Below are positions 1 to 8,010 of a DNA stretch of 22,715 nucleotides, piece by piece. The notes beneath the pieces were generated by a model. It saw only the letters and a list, made by a program, of their open reading frames with translations. It had not been told where the DNA came from and did not search any database. The stretch is from the NCBI GenBank assembly GCA_031409655.1, contig JANNXQ010000082.1, forward strand, positions 1 to 22,715, in the 5' to 3' direction. How positions within the stretch are numbered: position 1 is the first letter of the stretch; each line of letters opens with the position of its first letter. The translations under genes and the position numbers were made by a program. This DNA is from Chthoniobacteraceae bacterium (lineage in GTDB: Bacteria; Verrucomicrobiota; Verrucomicrobiia; Chthoniobacterales; Chthoniobacteraceae).

Positions 1-2439
1 GCCGCCGAGCCGCCCATTCCACCCGTGCCGGACAAACAGCCGGAGCCGCCCTTTCCCGCCACGCCGCCTGCGACGCTGCAAATGCTCGTGCCGGGATTCA
101 CCGTGCGCGAGTTGCCGGTGAAACTCACGAGCTTGAACAACGTGGAGTATGCCGCGGACGGACGGCTTTTTGCCGGAGGCTACGATGGGCGCTTCCATCT
201 CCTGCGCGATACCGATGGCGATGGGTTGGAGGATAAGGTGGACACTTTCTCGCCGGAGCCGAGTGCGAACTATCCGGTCGGCATGGCGGTGAAGGATGGC
301 GAACTCTATGCGGTGCTGACCGATGAAGTAGTGCGCTGGCGCGATACGAATGGTGACGGCGTGCCCGATGAACGCGTGACCTTGGCGCGGGGCTTCGACG
401 ACCAGGCGCTGGTGCAGGCGACGTATCTGAATCATCGCCGCGTGGATAGCTCGCTCGCGCTCGCGCTCGGGCCCGATGGCGCGATCTATGTGGCGATGGG
501 TAATGCGGGCCACAGCAACCCGTACTGGCACGATAAGAAAGGTGTCGCGCATTACTCCACGAACGCGCGCCGCGGCTGCCTGGTCCGCATCGCGCCGGAT
601 GGGAAGGTCGAGCAACTCAACTCCGGCCTGCGTTACATCATGGGCTTACAGTTCAATAAACACGGCGACCTCTTCGGCACCGAGCAGGAAGGCGCGACGT
701 GGGTGCCGAATGGCAATCCTTTTGACGAGCTGCTGCACCTCGAGCCAGGCCGCCACTATGGCTTCCCGCCGCGGCATCCGCGCTGGCTGCCCGACGTGGT
801 GGATGAACCAAGCGTCTGGGATTACGCGCCGCAGCATCAGAGCACCTGCGGCTTCCGCTTCAATGGCCCCGCGCCGGGTCGCGGGCGCTTCGGGCCGGAG
901 CATTGGGCGGACAATGCGATCGTGACCGGTGAATCGCGCGGCAAGCTCTGGCGCACCGCGCTGGCGAAGACCGCGGCGGGTTATGTGGCGCGCACGGAGT
1001 TGATCGCGTGTCTCGATCTGCTCGCCGTGGATTGCGCGATCTCGCCGCAGGGCGACCTCGTGGTGTGCTGCCACACCGGCAAGCCGGATTGGGGCAATGG
1101 ACCGAAGGGCGAGGGGCGCATCTTCAAAATCAGCTACGCGGAAAAAGCCGCGCCGCAGCCGGTGCTCGCGTGGCCGGCGAGCGAGACGGAGACGGTCATC
1201 GCCTTCGACCGCGCCCTCGATGCCGCCGCCTGGCAGGACGCCGCCGCGCGCGTGCAGATCGAGGCCGGACGTTACGTGGAAGCCGCCGATCGTCTCGAAA
1301 CGATGCGCCCCGGCTACGCCGTCGTGCAGATGCAACAGCGGCAGCCGCGCGCCGCGGTGGCCGTGGAAAGCGTGCGTCTCGACGCGGATCGGCGGAGCAT
1401 CTTCGTCACGACGGCCCCGCGCGCAGCCGCCGTGAACTACGCGCTCGCCGTCGCGGGGCAGTGCGACCTCGCGCATGATTTGTCCGGCGTCGCTGTCGCG
1501 TGGCGCGGAGCCGGCGGCGCCGCGTGGCAGGGCTGGCTGCCGCATCCGGACTTGATCGTCGCGCGCGAGTTCACCCGCGCGAGCGCCGCGCACGAGGCGC
1601 TGTGGCGAGACGTCGCCGGACCCGGCACGCTCGCCATGCACGGCCAGCTCGATCTTTGGCAAATGCTCATCCCCGCGACGCAACCGCTCTCGAAGCTCGA
1701 CTACGAACCGGAGCCCGAGACCGTCACCGTCGTCTTCCAGAGCGATGCCACGCTCACCGTCGAGGCCCCCGGCGCGAAGGTCGTGCGGGTGAGCGAGCGC
1801 GAGTCGCGCCTCACCGTCGCCGGGCCGCGCGAGGAGCAGTGGGCGGCCTTCACCCTCACCGTCGCCACGCCTGCGCAGAAGCTCGACGTGTCCTTTACCA
1901 CCACCCGCGACTCGCGTCCGCGCGCTCTCGCGACGCGCCGTTTCCTCGTGCCCTTTGCGAAGCCCGGCGCACCGGACGATCGCACGCGCACGATCCCCCA
2001 GATCACCGGCGGCAATTGGGCAGCCGGGCGCGCCCTCTTCATCGGCAAAGCCGCGTGCGCCACCTGCCATCAGCTCCGCGGCGAGGGAGTGAAAGTCGGA
2101 CCAGAGCTGAGCAATCTCATCCACTCCGACTACGCCAGTCTCTTGAAAAACATCGCGGACCCGAATGCCTCGATCCATCCCGACGCCGTCGGCTACACCG
2201 TCACGCTCCACGATGGCACCGCCGTGATCGGCACGCGGCTCGGCGAGACCGGCGAGGAATTGCAAATCGCGCAACCCGGCGGCGCCGTGGCAAAGCTGCG
2301 GAAAGCGGACATCGCCCGCACCGAGCCAATGGCCGTCTCCCTCATGCCCGCCGGCCTCGACAAAATCCTGAGCGCCGAAGAGCTGCGCGACCTGATGACC
2401 TACCTGCTCACCGAAGCCCAGTCGGTGAAGGCAAAGTAG
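1..2439 (+). CDS. PVC-type membrane-bound dehydrogenase-like beta-propeller protein with C-terminal c-type heme-binding domain (5'-truncated)
   Basis: Frame is open from base 1 (AAEPPIPPV...), so the true start is probably upstream of the window. N-terminal half has propeller-like motifs of Planctomycete/Verrucomicrobia dehydrogenase-domain proteins (RDTDGDG, RDTNGDG, GPDGAIYV, SGLRYIMGLQFNKHGDLF, HYGFP). C-terminus has G-RALF..CATCH (2056-2070), VGPELS, IADPNASI and SLMP-GL..LS-EELRDLMTYL. Confidence 0.85.
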   Translation, partial: AAEPPIPPVPDKQPEPPFPATPPATLQMLVPGFTVRELPVKLTSLNNVEYAADGRLFAGGYDGRFHLLRDTDGDGLEDKVDTFSPEPSANYPVGMAVKDGELYAVLTDEVVRWRDTNGDGVPDERVTLARGFDDQALVQATYLNHRRVDSSLALALGPDGAIYVAMGNAGHSNPYWHDKKGVAHYSTNARRGCLVRIAPDGKVEQLNSGLRYIMGLQFNKHGDLFGTEQEGATWVPNGNPFDELLHLEPGRHYGFPPRHPRWLPDVVDEPSVWDYAPQHQSTCGFRFNGPAPGRGRFGPEHWADNAIVTGESRGKLWRTALAKTAAGYVARTELIACLDLLAVDCAISPQGDLVVCCHTGKPDWGNGPKGEGRIFKISYAEKAAPQPVLAWPASETETVIAFDRALDAAAWQDAAARVQIEAGRYVEAADRLETMRPGYAVVQMQQRQPRAAVAVESVRLDADRRSIFVTTAPRAAAVNYALAVAGQCDLAHDLSGVAVAWRGAGGAAWQGWLPHPDLIVAREFTRASAAHEALWRDVAGPGTLAMHGQLDLWQMLIPATQPLSKLDYEPEPETVTVVFQSDATLTVEAPGAKVVRVSERESRLTVAGPREEQWAAFTLTVATPAQKLDVSFTTTRDSRPRALATRRFLVPFAKPGAPDDRTRTIPQITGGNWAAGRALFIGKAACATCHQLRGEGVKVGPELSNLIHSDYASLLKNIADPNASIHPDAVGYTVTLHDGTAVIGTRLGETGEELQIAQPGGAVAKLRKADIARTEPMAVSLMPAGLDKILSAEELRDLMTYLLTEAQSVKAK

Positions 2440-2569
2440 TCCGCGGCTTTAGTCGGCACGCCGCGCAGAGGAGTGGCTTTGGGACGGATCTAAAAGAGCG
2501 CTCCGGGGATGGCGTCCTGCCTCAGACAGCTTGCGTATCCCAAGCCTCGTGCCAGCCTCCGCGCCATTC

Positions 2570-3484
2570 ATGGAAAGTGAGTTCTCGCCCCCAAACGTCC
2601 CGCCGTCCGCCGTCCTCGAAGTCCGCGGACTGCGCCGGCACTTCGGCAAAGTCCCTGCGGTGGATGGCGTCGATCTCACCGTGCGCGAGGGCGAGATCTA
2701 CGGCTTCCTCGGCACTAACGGCGCAGGCAAGACCACCACGATCCGCGCGCTCATGGGCATCATCGCCGCGGAGGCGGGGACGATCTCGCTGCTCGGCGAA
2801 ACGACGCGCCGCACCTCGGTCGCGCAGAAGCGCCGCATCGGCTACGTCTCGCAGGAGCAGAATTTCTATCCGTGGATGACCTGCCGTGCGCTCGGGAAAT
2901 TCGTCGGCGCGTTTTATCCGACGTGGGATGCGGTGGAATTCGTGCGCCTGCTCTCCGTGCTCGAAGTCCCGGACGACCGGCGCGTCTCCGAGCTCTCCGG
3001 CGGAATGCGCGCCAAGCTCGCGCTGGCTCTGGCCCTGGCGCCGCGGCCCGCGCTGCTCATCCTCGATGAACCCACGGCGGGACTCGATCCCGTGGCGCGG
3101 CGCGAATTCATGCAGCTCATCGTCGCGCAGGCGCGGCAGCATCGGCGGACCACGCTCTTCTCCTCGCATCTCATCGACGAAGTGGAACGCACCGCGGATC
3201 GCGTGGGCATCATTCATCAGGGGCGGATGCGCTTCGAGGGCGCGATCGACGCGCTCCTGCTCATGGTCCGGCGCGTGCGCCTGACGGCGGGCGCGGAGTT
3301 CGTCTTGCCGATCGGCTTCGAGCTGTGGCGCGACGAGCAGCTCGACGGCGTGCGCACGCTGGCCCTGCGCGCGGAGCCGACGGCGTGGGACGCGCTCACC
3401 TTGCCGCCGGGCGCGACGCTCGAGGAGATGTCGCTCGAAGACACCTTCATCGCCTGCGTCGGCTCGAAGGTGGTGCGGATATGA
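2570..3484 (+). CDS. ABC transporter ATP-binding protein (ABC-2/CcmA-like exporter ATPase)
   Basis: Walker A GTNGAGKT, Q-loop VSQE, signature LSGGM, Walker B LLILDEPT, H-loop SSH. ATG at 2570 preferred over TTG at 2531. Stop overlaps the next start (ATGA, 3481-3484). Confidence 0.95.
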   Translation: MESEFSPPNVPPSAVLEVRGLRRHFGKVPAVDGVDLTVREGEIYGFLGTNGAGKTTTIRALMGIIAAEAGTISLLGETTRRTSVAQKRRIGYVSQEQNFYPWMTCRALGKFVGAFYPTWDAVEFVRLLSVLEVPDDRRVSELSGGMRAKLALALALAPRPALLILDEPTAGLDPVARREFMQLIVAQARQHRRTTLFSSHLIDEVERTADRVGIIHQGRMRFEGAIDALLLMVRRVRLTAGAEFVLPIGFELWRDEQLDGVRTLALRAEPTAWDALTLPPGATLEEMSLEDTFIACVGSKVVRI

Positions 3485-5049
3485 TACGAGGCCTGCTCAC
3501 GAAAGAGCTGCGCCAGCACGGTTACACCCTGACGTTCCTCTTCGTCATGCTGCTCGGCGCGCTCGCGCTCATCAGCGGCAACTCGATGCTCCGGCGCGCG
3601 TTCGGCGGCGGATTCGCGGGCGTGCAAATGCTGCATCACACCTACGTGCCGCTGGTCTGCCTCGTCCTCGGCCAGATCCTTATCGCCACGGAGTTCCGGC
3701 AGAAGACGCAGCTTTTCCTCGAAGGTCTGCCGCTCCCGCGCTGGCGGATGCTCGCGGTGAAATTTGCGCTCGGTCTGGTGGTGCTCGCCGGTGCGGTCGC
3801 GGCGGCGCTCTTCGTGGCGTGGCAGAGCGCGCGCGGCTCGGAGGCGTTGACACCGCGCTTCGCCGCGCTCGTCGCGCTCAAGTCCACGGGCTGGGTCTGG
3901 TTCCTCTATACGCTCTGCTTTGCGCACGCTTTCCTCGGGCGGTATCGCATGGTCTTCGGCGTCACGCTCTTCTTCGGATTTCTCGCGCTCAACGGCAGCG
4001 GCGTGCGGCTCTCGGACTTCGGACCCTTCGCGCTCGTCGATGAGCGCTTTGCCTACGAACGCTACGTCTTCCCCAGCTCCGCGCTCGCGGTCGCCGGAGT
4101 CACGGGGCTCGGGCTCGCGGTGCTCGGCTTTGCGCTCGGGCTGGTGCGCGATGCCTCGGTCGCATCATTGCTCGCGGAGAAAATGTCGGCACGGGAGAAG
4201 GTCGCCATGACCCTGATCATGGTCGCGGTGATGTCGCTGAGCGCCTGGCTCCTCGATCACTACAAGACGGCGACGCCGGTGCGGATGCCGGGAGCCTTCG
4301 AGGCGCAGCGCGGCGTCGTGCGCGTCTTCGCGTCTGCGGCCGTCGATGCGCCGAGCCGCGAAGAAACCGCGGCGCTCGAACGCGCGGCGCATCGCGCCGC
4401 GGAGGAACTCGGCGCGCTCGCGGAATATCTCGGCTGCACGTCATTCCCGCCGGTCTTCATCGTGCATCGGCGCGATCTCGCGGCTCGTGAATACAGCAAC
4501 GGCGAGCTGAAGCCATCCCAGGGCGCGATGGTGCGGGTGAATCTGACCGCGCCTGGATTTGACGAGTCGTCGCTGCACGAATGGCTGGTGCGCGCGGCCC
4601 TCGGCGCGCACACCGGCGGTCTCGCCGAACGCGAACGCAACGTCTGGCCGCTCGACGGGCTGGCCGCATGGTGGCCTGGGCGCGGCGATCCGCAGATTGA
4701 CGCTGGGCTCGATCCGACGTCGTCGTCGCTCGCACGGAAAGCGATGCCTGCCGAGTTCGCCGCCCGGAATCTCGACGCCTGGCATTCCCTCCGTCGCGAC
4801 GCGACCCAGCTCCGGGCGAGCGCGCTGGCCGAGACCGGCCTCGACGTGCTCGCGCAGAATCATGGAGATGAAGCCCGTCAGCGTTTTCTCGCCGCGATGT
4901 TTCGCGAGGTGCGCCCGGCCGATTCGCGCGGCTGGTTTGGGGATGTGCTGCGCTCCCGCTCCAGTCGTCTGCGCGCGGCGGCTGGGGTGAGCGAGGATGA
5001 GTTCGTCGCGGAGTGGCGCGCCGCATTGGAAGCGCTTCCGGCCCCATGA
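3481..5049 (+). CDS. ABC-2-type permease fused to a degenerate gluzincin-like extracytoplasmic domain
   Basis: ATGA coupling at both ends. N-terminal MIRGLLTKELR, permease motif E..KTQLFLEGLPLPRWRMLAVK, and several hydrophobic segments. The soluble C-terminal region carries HEWLV...WPLDGLA. Confidence 0.8.
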   Translation: MIRGLLTKELRQHGYTLTFLFVMLLGALALISGNSMLRRAFGGGFAGVQMLHHTYVPLVCLVLGQILIATEFRQKTQLFLEGLPLPRWRMLAVKFALGLVVLAGAVAAALFVAWQSARGSEALTPRFAALVALKSTGWVWFLYTLCFAHAFLGRYRMVFGVTLFFGFLALNGSGVRLSDFGPFALVDERFAYERYVFPSSALAVAGVTGLGLAVLGFALGLVRDASVASLLAEKMSAREKVAMTLIMVAVMSLSAWLLDHYKTATPVRMPGAFEAQRGVVRVFASAAVDAPSREETAALERAAHRAAEELGALAEYLGCTSFPPVFIVHRRDLAAREYSNGELKPSQGAMVRVNLTAPGFDESSLHEWLVRAALGAHTGGLAERERNVWPLDGLAAWWPGRGDPQIDAGLDPTSSSLARKAMPAEFAARNLDAWHSLRRDATQLRASALAETGLDVLAQNHGDEARQRFLAAMFREVRPADSRGWFGDVLRSRSSRLRAAAGVSEDEFVAEWRAALEALPAP

Positions 5050-6926
5050 TGCGCGCCCTTTTCGCCAAGGAACTCCGCGCCCTGCGCCCGCTCGTCTGGT
5101 GCATCCTCGGGATGCACCTCCTCGGCACGATCTTCCTCCTCGCGACGGAGCTGCCCGACGATCAGAAGTTCGACTTCGTGTCGTGGATGGCCGAGGACCG
5201 CTTCGGTTGGGTGGTCATCATCGCGCTCTTCGCGCTGATGATCGGCGCGGGCCTGCTCATCCACGAGAGCGAGCAGGGCACGCTGCGTTTCCTCGATGGC
5301 TTGCCGGTCTCCCGCACGCGGCTCTTTGTCGCCAAAGTCCTCGCGGGGCTGGCGGTGCTCGCGCTCGTGCCGATCCTCGGGGTGCCCGAGGAGGCGCTCT
5401 TCGCCTGGCTCTCGCGCACTTCGGTGGATGCGCCGTATCCGTGGGCCTTCGCGTGGACGCTGGGCTGGCTGGCGATGGTCGCGGCGGCTTTCCTGCTCGC
5501 GCTGGCCCTGGCCTTTTCGTTTGTGCGCGCGTGGTTCGCGCTCGTCGTCGGTCTGCTCTTCTGGGGCTATCTGTGGTTGCGGCAGCACGGCGGTGCGCGC
5601 GTCGCGCTCTTCGATACCAGTGAATTGTTCGCCTTCGGGATGGATGGCGGGCGCGTGCTGGTGCCGTGGGGTCACGTCGCGGCGCACCTCGGCGCGACGG
5701 CAGTGCTGCTCGGGATCGCATGGTTCGGATTTCTGCAGCTCGGCGACCGCGCGCAATTCACCGCGGAACGTCTCGGCAGGTCGCGCATCCTGCGCGGGCT
5801 CGGCGTGGGTTTGCGCTGGCTCGCGCCGATCGTCTGGATCGTGGCGATGGTCCGCATCTTCGGCTCCTTCGCGGGCGACGAGGTGGACTTCGCCGTCACG
5901 CCCGTCGGCGAGAAGGCGTTCGCTCGGCGCGAGACGGCGCGTTACGAATTCCTCTTCCGCTCCGCGCAGGAAAAGGACGCCGCACCGCTGCTCGCTGTGG
6001 CCGATGCAGTCCACGACGCCGTGGCCGCATTCTTCGATGCGCCGCCGTCCCCGGCGCGGATCGTGGTCGATCTCGCGAGCCCCGTGATGTCACACGCCGC
6101 GGGGCAGACGAACTGGACGAAGATCCGCCTGCCGCTCACGCCGGATCAAGATCTCGACGACCAGCGCCTGATCCTCGGTCACGAGACCGCGCACGTTTTC
6201 ATCGAGCAACTCAGCGACGGCCGGCTCACCAGTCAGTTCGCCGCGATCCGCTGTCTGCACGAAGGGCTCGCGACCCACGTCGAGCAGCAGCTTTTCGCCG
6301 ATGAAAAGGAGCGCGGACAGAATCGCCGCAGCGTCGCCGCCGCATGGGCGCGCGGGCGCGTTCCTTTCGAGCTGCTCTGCGATAATGAAACGCTGATCCG
6401 CGAGCGCGATCCGAATCTCGTCTATCCGCTCGGCGAAGTTTTCGCGCGCGCGCTGGTCGAGACGCACGGGAAGGACGCGGCGACGCGCTTGCTCCGGGCC
6501 TTTGCCCGACGCCAGGCACCGGCGGGTCTGAGCGGCACGGCTCTCTGGCGCGACACAATGCAGGCAGCGGGGCTCGATTTCGACCGCGTGGTGGCCGTGT
6601 ATGAAGGCACTTGCGCGACGATCGCGGAGGAGCAGAAGGATTTCGTCGCGCGTTGCCCGCGGCTCACCGCGAGCGTGTCGATCGAGGGCGCGGAGATCGT
6701 CGTGCGTCCGAAGTTCGAGGGCGTCGCGCCGGGGGAGGCGATCTGCCGGGTCGAAATCGAAGGTCCGCTGATGAAGGAAACCCCGGCACTGACGCGCCGC
6801 GCGGATGGCAGCTTCGCGCTGGATCGGAAGCGTGTGACCCGGCCGACCCTGCGCTACCTGCTCGGCTGGCGGACGCCGGAGACGCGGCTCCCGGTCTTCG
6901 AGCCGTGGGCGGAGGCGGTGCTGTAA
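5046..6926 (+). CDS. ABC-2-type permease fused to a gluzincin (clan MA) zinc metallopeptidase domain
   Basis: MMRALFAKELR start coupled to the previous stop. Permease motif ESEQGTLRFLDGLPVSRTRLFVAK and multiple TM segments. HETAH (6180-6194) is followed by LHEGLA (Glu at 6261) and a downstream Y (LVYPLG). Confidence 0.85.
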   Translation: MMRALFAKELRALRPLVWCILGMHLLGTIFLLATELPDDQKFDFVSWMAEDRFGWVVIIALFALMIGAGLLIHESEQGTLRFLDGLPVSRTRLFVAKVLAGLAVLALVPILGVPEEALFAWLSRTSVDAPYPWAFAWTLGWLAMVAAAFLLALALAFSFVRAWFALVVGLLFWGYLWLRQHGGARVALFDTSELFAFGMDGGRVLVPWGHVAAHLGATAVLLGIAWFGFLQLGDRAQFTAERLGRSRILRGLGVGLRWLAPIVWIVAMVRIFGSFAGDEVDFAVTPVGEKAFARRETARYEFLFRSAQEKDAAPLLAVADAVHDAVAAFFDAPPSPARIVVDLASPVMSHAAGQTNWTKIRLPLTPDQDLDDQRLILGHETAHVFIEQLSDGRLTSQFAAIRCLHEGLATHVEQQLFADEKERGQNRRSVAAAWARGRVPFELLCDNETLIRERDPNLVYPLGEVFARALVETHGKDAATRLLRAFARRQAPAGLSGTALWRDTMQAAGLDFDRVVAVYEGTCATIAEEQKDFVARCPRLTASVSIEGAEIVVRPKFEGVAPGEAICRVEIEGPLMKETPALTRRADGSFALDRKRVTRPTLRYLLGWRTPETRLPVFEPWAEAVL

Positions 6927-7139
6927 TCAGAGCAGCGCGCTGTCGTCCCGCTTCTCGAGCCGCATCACTTGTTTCTTCACGACCTCGACGTTCTTGGTGA
7001 GCTCAAAGAGCGCCTTCACGATCTCGCTCTTCGTCGCTTCGTCGCTGAGGGCAGGGAGCAGCGGGTGGATGCTGGTGACGCCGGTGGCGATGACGTTGCA
7101 GGCGGTGCGGATTTCGGAGATGGCGGTGGGGCGGTCCAT
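6927..7139 (-). CDS. Small hypothetical protein (70 aa, predicted helical hairpin/coiled coil)
   Basis: ATG at 7139 (MDRPTAISEIRTACNVIA...), GC3-rich codons, amphipathic pattern KSEIVKALFELTKNVEVVKKQVMRLEK. The longer ORF to 7286 merely reads through the repeat. Confidence 0.7.
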   Translation of the reverse strand: MDRPTAISEIRTACNVIATGVTSIHPLLPALSDEATKSEIVKALFELTKNVEVVKKQVMRLEKRDDSALL

Positions 7140-7150
7140 GAGAATGAGAA

Positions 7151-7256
7151 AACATCGAACATCGAACGTCGAACATCCAACATCGAATTGGGGGGGGGCG
7201 CGTCCGAGTGTCTCTTCGTTCGACGTTCGATGTTCAAAGTTGGATGTTCGATGTTC
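7151..7256. repeat. Inverted pair of heptamer tandem arrays (AACATCG-type) forming a long imperfect hairpin
   Basis: 7151-7187 reads AACATCG AACATCG AACGTCG AACATCC AACATCG AA. 7219-7255 reads TT CGACGTT CGATGTT CAAAGTT GGATGTT CGATGTT, the reverse complement of the same unit type. Confidence 0.95.
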
Positions 7257-7269
7257 TCTTCCACTTCCC

Positions 7270-7890
7270 ATGCGCCTCCTCCTCACCTGCGGCCCGAGCT
7301 ACGAACCGATCGACGACGTCCGTCGGATCACGAACTTCTCGACCGGCGCGCTTGGCGTCCGGCTGGCCACTGCACTCTCAGCGGCGGGGCATGAGGTGAC
7401 TTGTTTCAAGGGTGTCGGCGCGACGACGCGTGGATCTGCAGGGGCGGCGAAGATCGTGCCCTTTTCCACCAATGACGATCTGCTCGCGCGACTCGCGGCG
7501 GTCGAACGGCGGGAGGAGATCGGCGCGTTTCTGCACGTCGCGGCGCTCGCTGATTTTAAGATAAAGCGGGACGCGGGTGCTCCGAGGAAGCTCTCGAGCC
7601 GGGCCGGCGAGATCACGCTGACGCTGGTGCCGGCGGCAAAGGTCATCGGGGAATTGCGGGGACGCTTTCCCAACGCCCGCATCGCCGGCTGGAAGTATGA
7701 ACTCGATGGCACGCGCGACGAAGCGCTGGCCAAAGGCGCGCGGCAGATCGCGGAGAATCGTACGGATGCCTGCGTGGTGAATGGCGCGGCCTATGGACCG
7801 GGATTTGGCATCGTGCGCACTGGGTACCCGCCGGCTCCCTTGGCGGATGCGGAAGCCTTGGGGGCCTGGCTCGTGCAGTGGCTGGCTTGA
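7270..7890 (+). CDS. coaB: Phosphopantothenate--cysteine ligase (standalone CoaB/DFP C-terminal domain)
   Basis: LLTCGPSYEPIDDVRRITNFSTG-LG, HVAALADF, KLSS, LTLVPAAKVI, GWKYE, DACVVN. No CoaC flavoprotein domain. Confidence 0.9.
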   Translation: MRLLLTCGPSYEPIDDVRRITNFSTGALGVRLATALSAAGHEVTCFKGVGATTRGSAGAAKIVPFSTNDDLLARLAAVERREEIGAFLHVAALADFKIKRDAGAPRKLSSRAGEITLTLVPAAKVIGELRGRFPNARIAGWKYELDGTRDEALAKGARQIAENRTDACVVNGAAYGPGFGIVRTGYPPAPLADAEALGAWLVQWLA

Positions 7891-7891
7891 G

Positions 7892-8008
7892 CCTGGGGGC
7901 GCCGCCGTCCCGTGCGGCATCGTGCCATTTCGCGCACCGCGCCAAGCTCCATCGAAGTGGCGCTGCGCGCGAAACGTGGATTGCCGCACGGGACGGCGGC
8001 GCTCCCGG
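7892..8008. repeat. REP-like long imperfect palindrome between convergent genes; possible bidirectional terminator
   Basis: GCGCCGCCGTCCCGTGCGGCA (7899-7919) is the exact reverse complement of 7982-8002. Inner arms TTTCGCGC/GCGCGAAA and GCGCCA/TGGCGC extend the stem. Confidence 0.85.
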
Positions 8009-8010
8009 AG

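Noticed and set aside
2531..2558. Possible sigma70 promoter TTGCGT-N16-CAGCCT before the ABC ATPase
   Set aside because: Weak -10 match; cannot be supported from sequence alone.
646..2879. Long alternative ORFs (646..2274 -, 1500..2879 +) and similar ones elsewhere (4878..6014 -, 8521..9726 +, 11483..12742 +, 19655..20731 -, 20986..22005 -)
   Set aside because: Shadow frames of well-supported genes in high-GC DNA; Arg/Ala-rich with no recognisable motifs.
7151..7256. Possible CRISPR array
   Set aside because: Units are 7-nt tandem repeats with no unique spacers, and no cas genes are present.
6994..7286. N-terminal extensions of coaB (from 6994) and of the small minus-strand ORF (from 7286)
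   Set aside because: They translate the heptamer repeat (HRTSN/FDVRCS); family homology begins at ATG 7270 and plausible coding at ATG 7139.
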